From Lama glama (Eukaryota): 64,000 bases of DNA. Of the stretch, positions 62,201 through 64,000 are shown one piece after another. The stretch is from the NCBI GenBank assembly GCA_028534125.1, contig CM052822.1, positions 78,120,001 through 78,184,000 of the forward strand, given 5' to 3'. The notes under the pieces were generated by a model. That model was given only the letters and a program-made list of their open reading frames with translations. It ran no database searches and had not been told where the DNA came from. The position numbers and the translations under genes were made by a program. The stretch's first letter is position 1. Each line of letters starts with the position of its first letter.

Positions 62201-63798
62201 ACAAGGTGGCCGTTCCCCCCTCGCTGGGGCTCACTAACTAGCCCCACACCCTCTCCTGACGCGTCGCGGAGCCAGGGCCGTGCAGGCCCGTCCCACACAG
62301 GGGCCACAGCCCCGGGAGACCGTGCCCAGGCTCGCCCAGGGAAACAGACTCTGCAGAGTCGGGGGCAGCGCTACCAGCTTGTGTTCCCTGGGCCTGAAAT
62401 TCTACTCCACACGCCCGGCCCGAACTTCCTAAATGCTCATGATGCGAATAAAACCACAGTAAGTCCAGTTCCTGAGCTGACCATTATCTGGACCCGGGAC
62501 AGACTCTCCACAAAACTGTAAAGGGAATTTCGGCTCCCCCGGGCCGTCCTTTCTGGGCCCCCAGCACCCCCAAGGCCAGGCCTGGCCTCACTCCACCACC
62601 GCTTCCGTTCAGCAGTCTGGCCCCAGGCGTCTAAAATTTGGAAGAACCTTTAAGAGCCTCAGGAGTGAAAGGTGAGGGGTGAGCACTGGGAAGCACACAA
62701 AGGGTAGGTGGCAGAGCCCCTCTGGAGGGGGTCCCCTCACTGTGGTGACGACCCTGTCCCACCCCAACACCCGCGTGGCCCAGGTCCCTCCCTCGGGTCC
62801 CACAGCCACTGCTCACCGGCTCGGAGGCCAGCGCAGGGTGCAGAGGACAGTGCCGGGTGGTGGGGGCCTCGCTCCCAGTCGTGCACACTGCGGCCCGGGC
62901 GGGGACGTGACCTTGTCGCACCCTCTCTCCCACCTGTTTCCCAAAACAGGAGCCCCCACTATGTGCCAAGTGTGTGCGCTCTGCCCAGGGATGGTGGTGT
63001 CCTCCTGGACTCAGCCCTCCCAGCTGGAGGGGAGGTGACCAGTGGCCAGTCATGGAAAACTGTGACCTGGTCCTCGTCCCGGAGCACAGCTCGCTGGCCG
63101 GACGGAGTGGGCCTGGTGGTCTGCGGGCTGCTCTTCCCATGGCCCGGGACTCAGAGCCGCGGCCAGCACCCGCACCCGGCCTGCCACACCGGCTCTGCCT
63201 GCAGAGCAGCCTGCTCAGGGCTTCATGCGCTTGTTGGTTGGTTTCTCCTTCATTAAGAATTAACTTTTCACTTGGACGGCGCTGTGGCTGGTGGCAAGCT
63301 CTCCCTCCTCCCTCGTGGAGTCTCAAAGGGCAGGAGGGAAAGGCACCACTCAGAGGACCAGATTTGTGTGGGGCGGGGGGGCCCACCGTCTCCACTTCAC
63401 AGCTGGGGAAGGAGCCGGCCTCGGGCAGACGTCCTCGTGGCCGTGCAGGTCTCCCTGGGGAGGGGAGGCGGCCCACAGCGGTTGGGAGGCCGTGATGAGG
63501 GTCCGCGGTGGGCCCTCCTCACCCCCTCTGCCCTGGCATCCCCCACCCCAGCTGCGCTGGCGGAGCTGACCACTCCTGGGGCAATCTGGCTCCTGCCAGC
63601 ACCCTCGCCCTCAGGGACACCAGAGAACCAGTGTCCCAGCTGACCTGCCACCTCGTCCCGTGTCCCTTCCTGCTCAGATGGTCCCCACAGACCAGGGGCT
63701 GCTGACTGGTCCTCAGACAGCCCCGGCCTCAGTCACAGCCATGAGACGAAGCAGCGAGGACAGGAGAGGCTGCACGCACGCCGCCAGAGAGCCGTGAT

Positions 63799-63818
63799 CA
63801 CACACACACACACACACA
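63799..63818. repeat. (CA)10 microsatellite
   Basis: Perfect CA run. Confidence 0.9.
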
Positions 63819-63819
63819 A

Positions 63820-64000
63820 AGTGGCAAGCGTCGGTGAGGCTGTGGACAAATTGGAGCCCCTGTGCAGTGCCGGTGGGAACGTAAACCGGTACAGCTTCTG
63901 CGGAGGACAGATAACGGTTTCTGAAAACTTAAAAGCAGAACCTCCAGTTGACCCAGCAAGCCCCCCTGTAGGTGTTCATCCGGAAGAACTGAAAGCAGGG
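63820..64000 (+). mobile_element. L1 ORF2 C-terminal fragment, continuing beyond the window
   Basis: caagcgtcggtgaggctgtggacaaattggagccc...gccggtgggaacgtaaaccggtacagc...gacccagcaa...gaactgaaagcaggg. Confidence 0.85.

Larger units (their letters stand above)
13117..64000 (-). other. PTPRN2: PTPRN2 intron upstream of the TM exon (very large intron 12 equivalent; partial)
   Basis: No other PTPRN2-like peptide was recognised in any frame. The human orthologous intron is known to be very large. Confidence 0.8.

Noticed and set aside
1-64000. miR-153-2 and other PTPRN2 exons
   Set aside because: No miR-153 mature sequence and no further PTPRN2 peptide were seen. The miRNA lies in a more 3' intron outside this window.

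Overview
GC-rich mammalian genomic DNA. It is probably camelid, judging by a Vic-1-like tRNA-derived SINE and a camelid-type L1 3' end. The window lies inside the large minus-strand gene PTPRN2 (IA-2beta/phogrin). The only coding sequence I can support is the 213-bp, phase 0-0 transmembrane exon at 13116-12904, equivalent to human exon 13. Everything else is flanking intron: an intragenic CpG-island complex (about 13.6-15.9 kb, 18.6-19.5 kb and 20.7-24.6 kb, with two N-gaps), AT-rich homeodomain-site-rich stretches, MaLR LTRs, L1/L2/MIR/SINE fragments and several minisatellites. Nearly all ORFs in the supplied track are GC-content artefacts. The most intriguing signals are a possible decayed homeobox antisense to PTPRN2 at about 8655-8970 (speculative), a possible spliced minus-strand transcript from the intragenic CpG island, a three-layer nested LTR/LTR/L1 insertion, and L1 copies rewritten AT->GC. 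No prokaryotic-type system (CRISPR, operon, IS element) is present.
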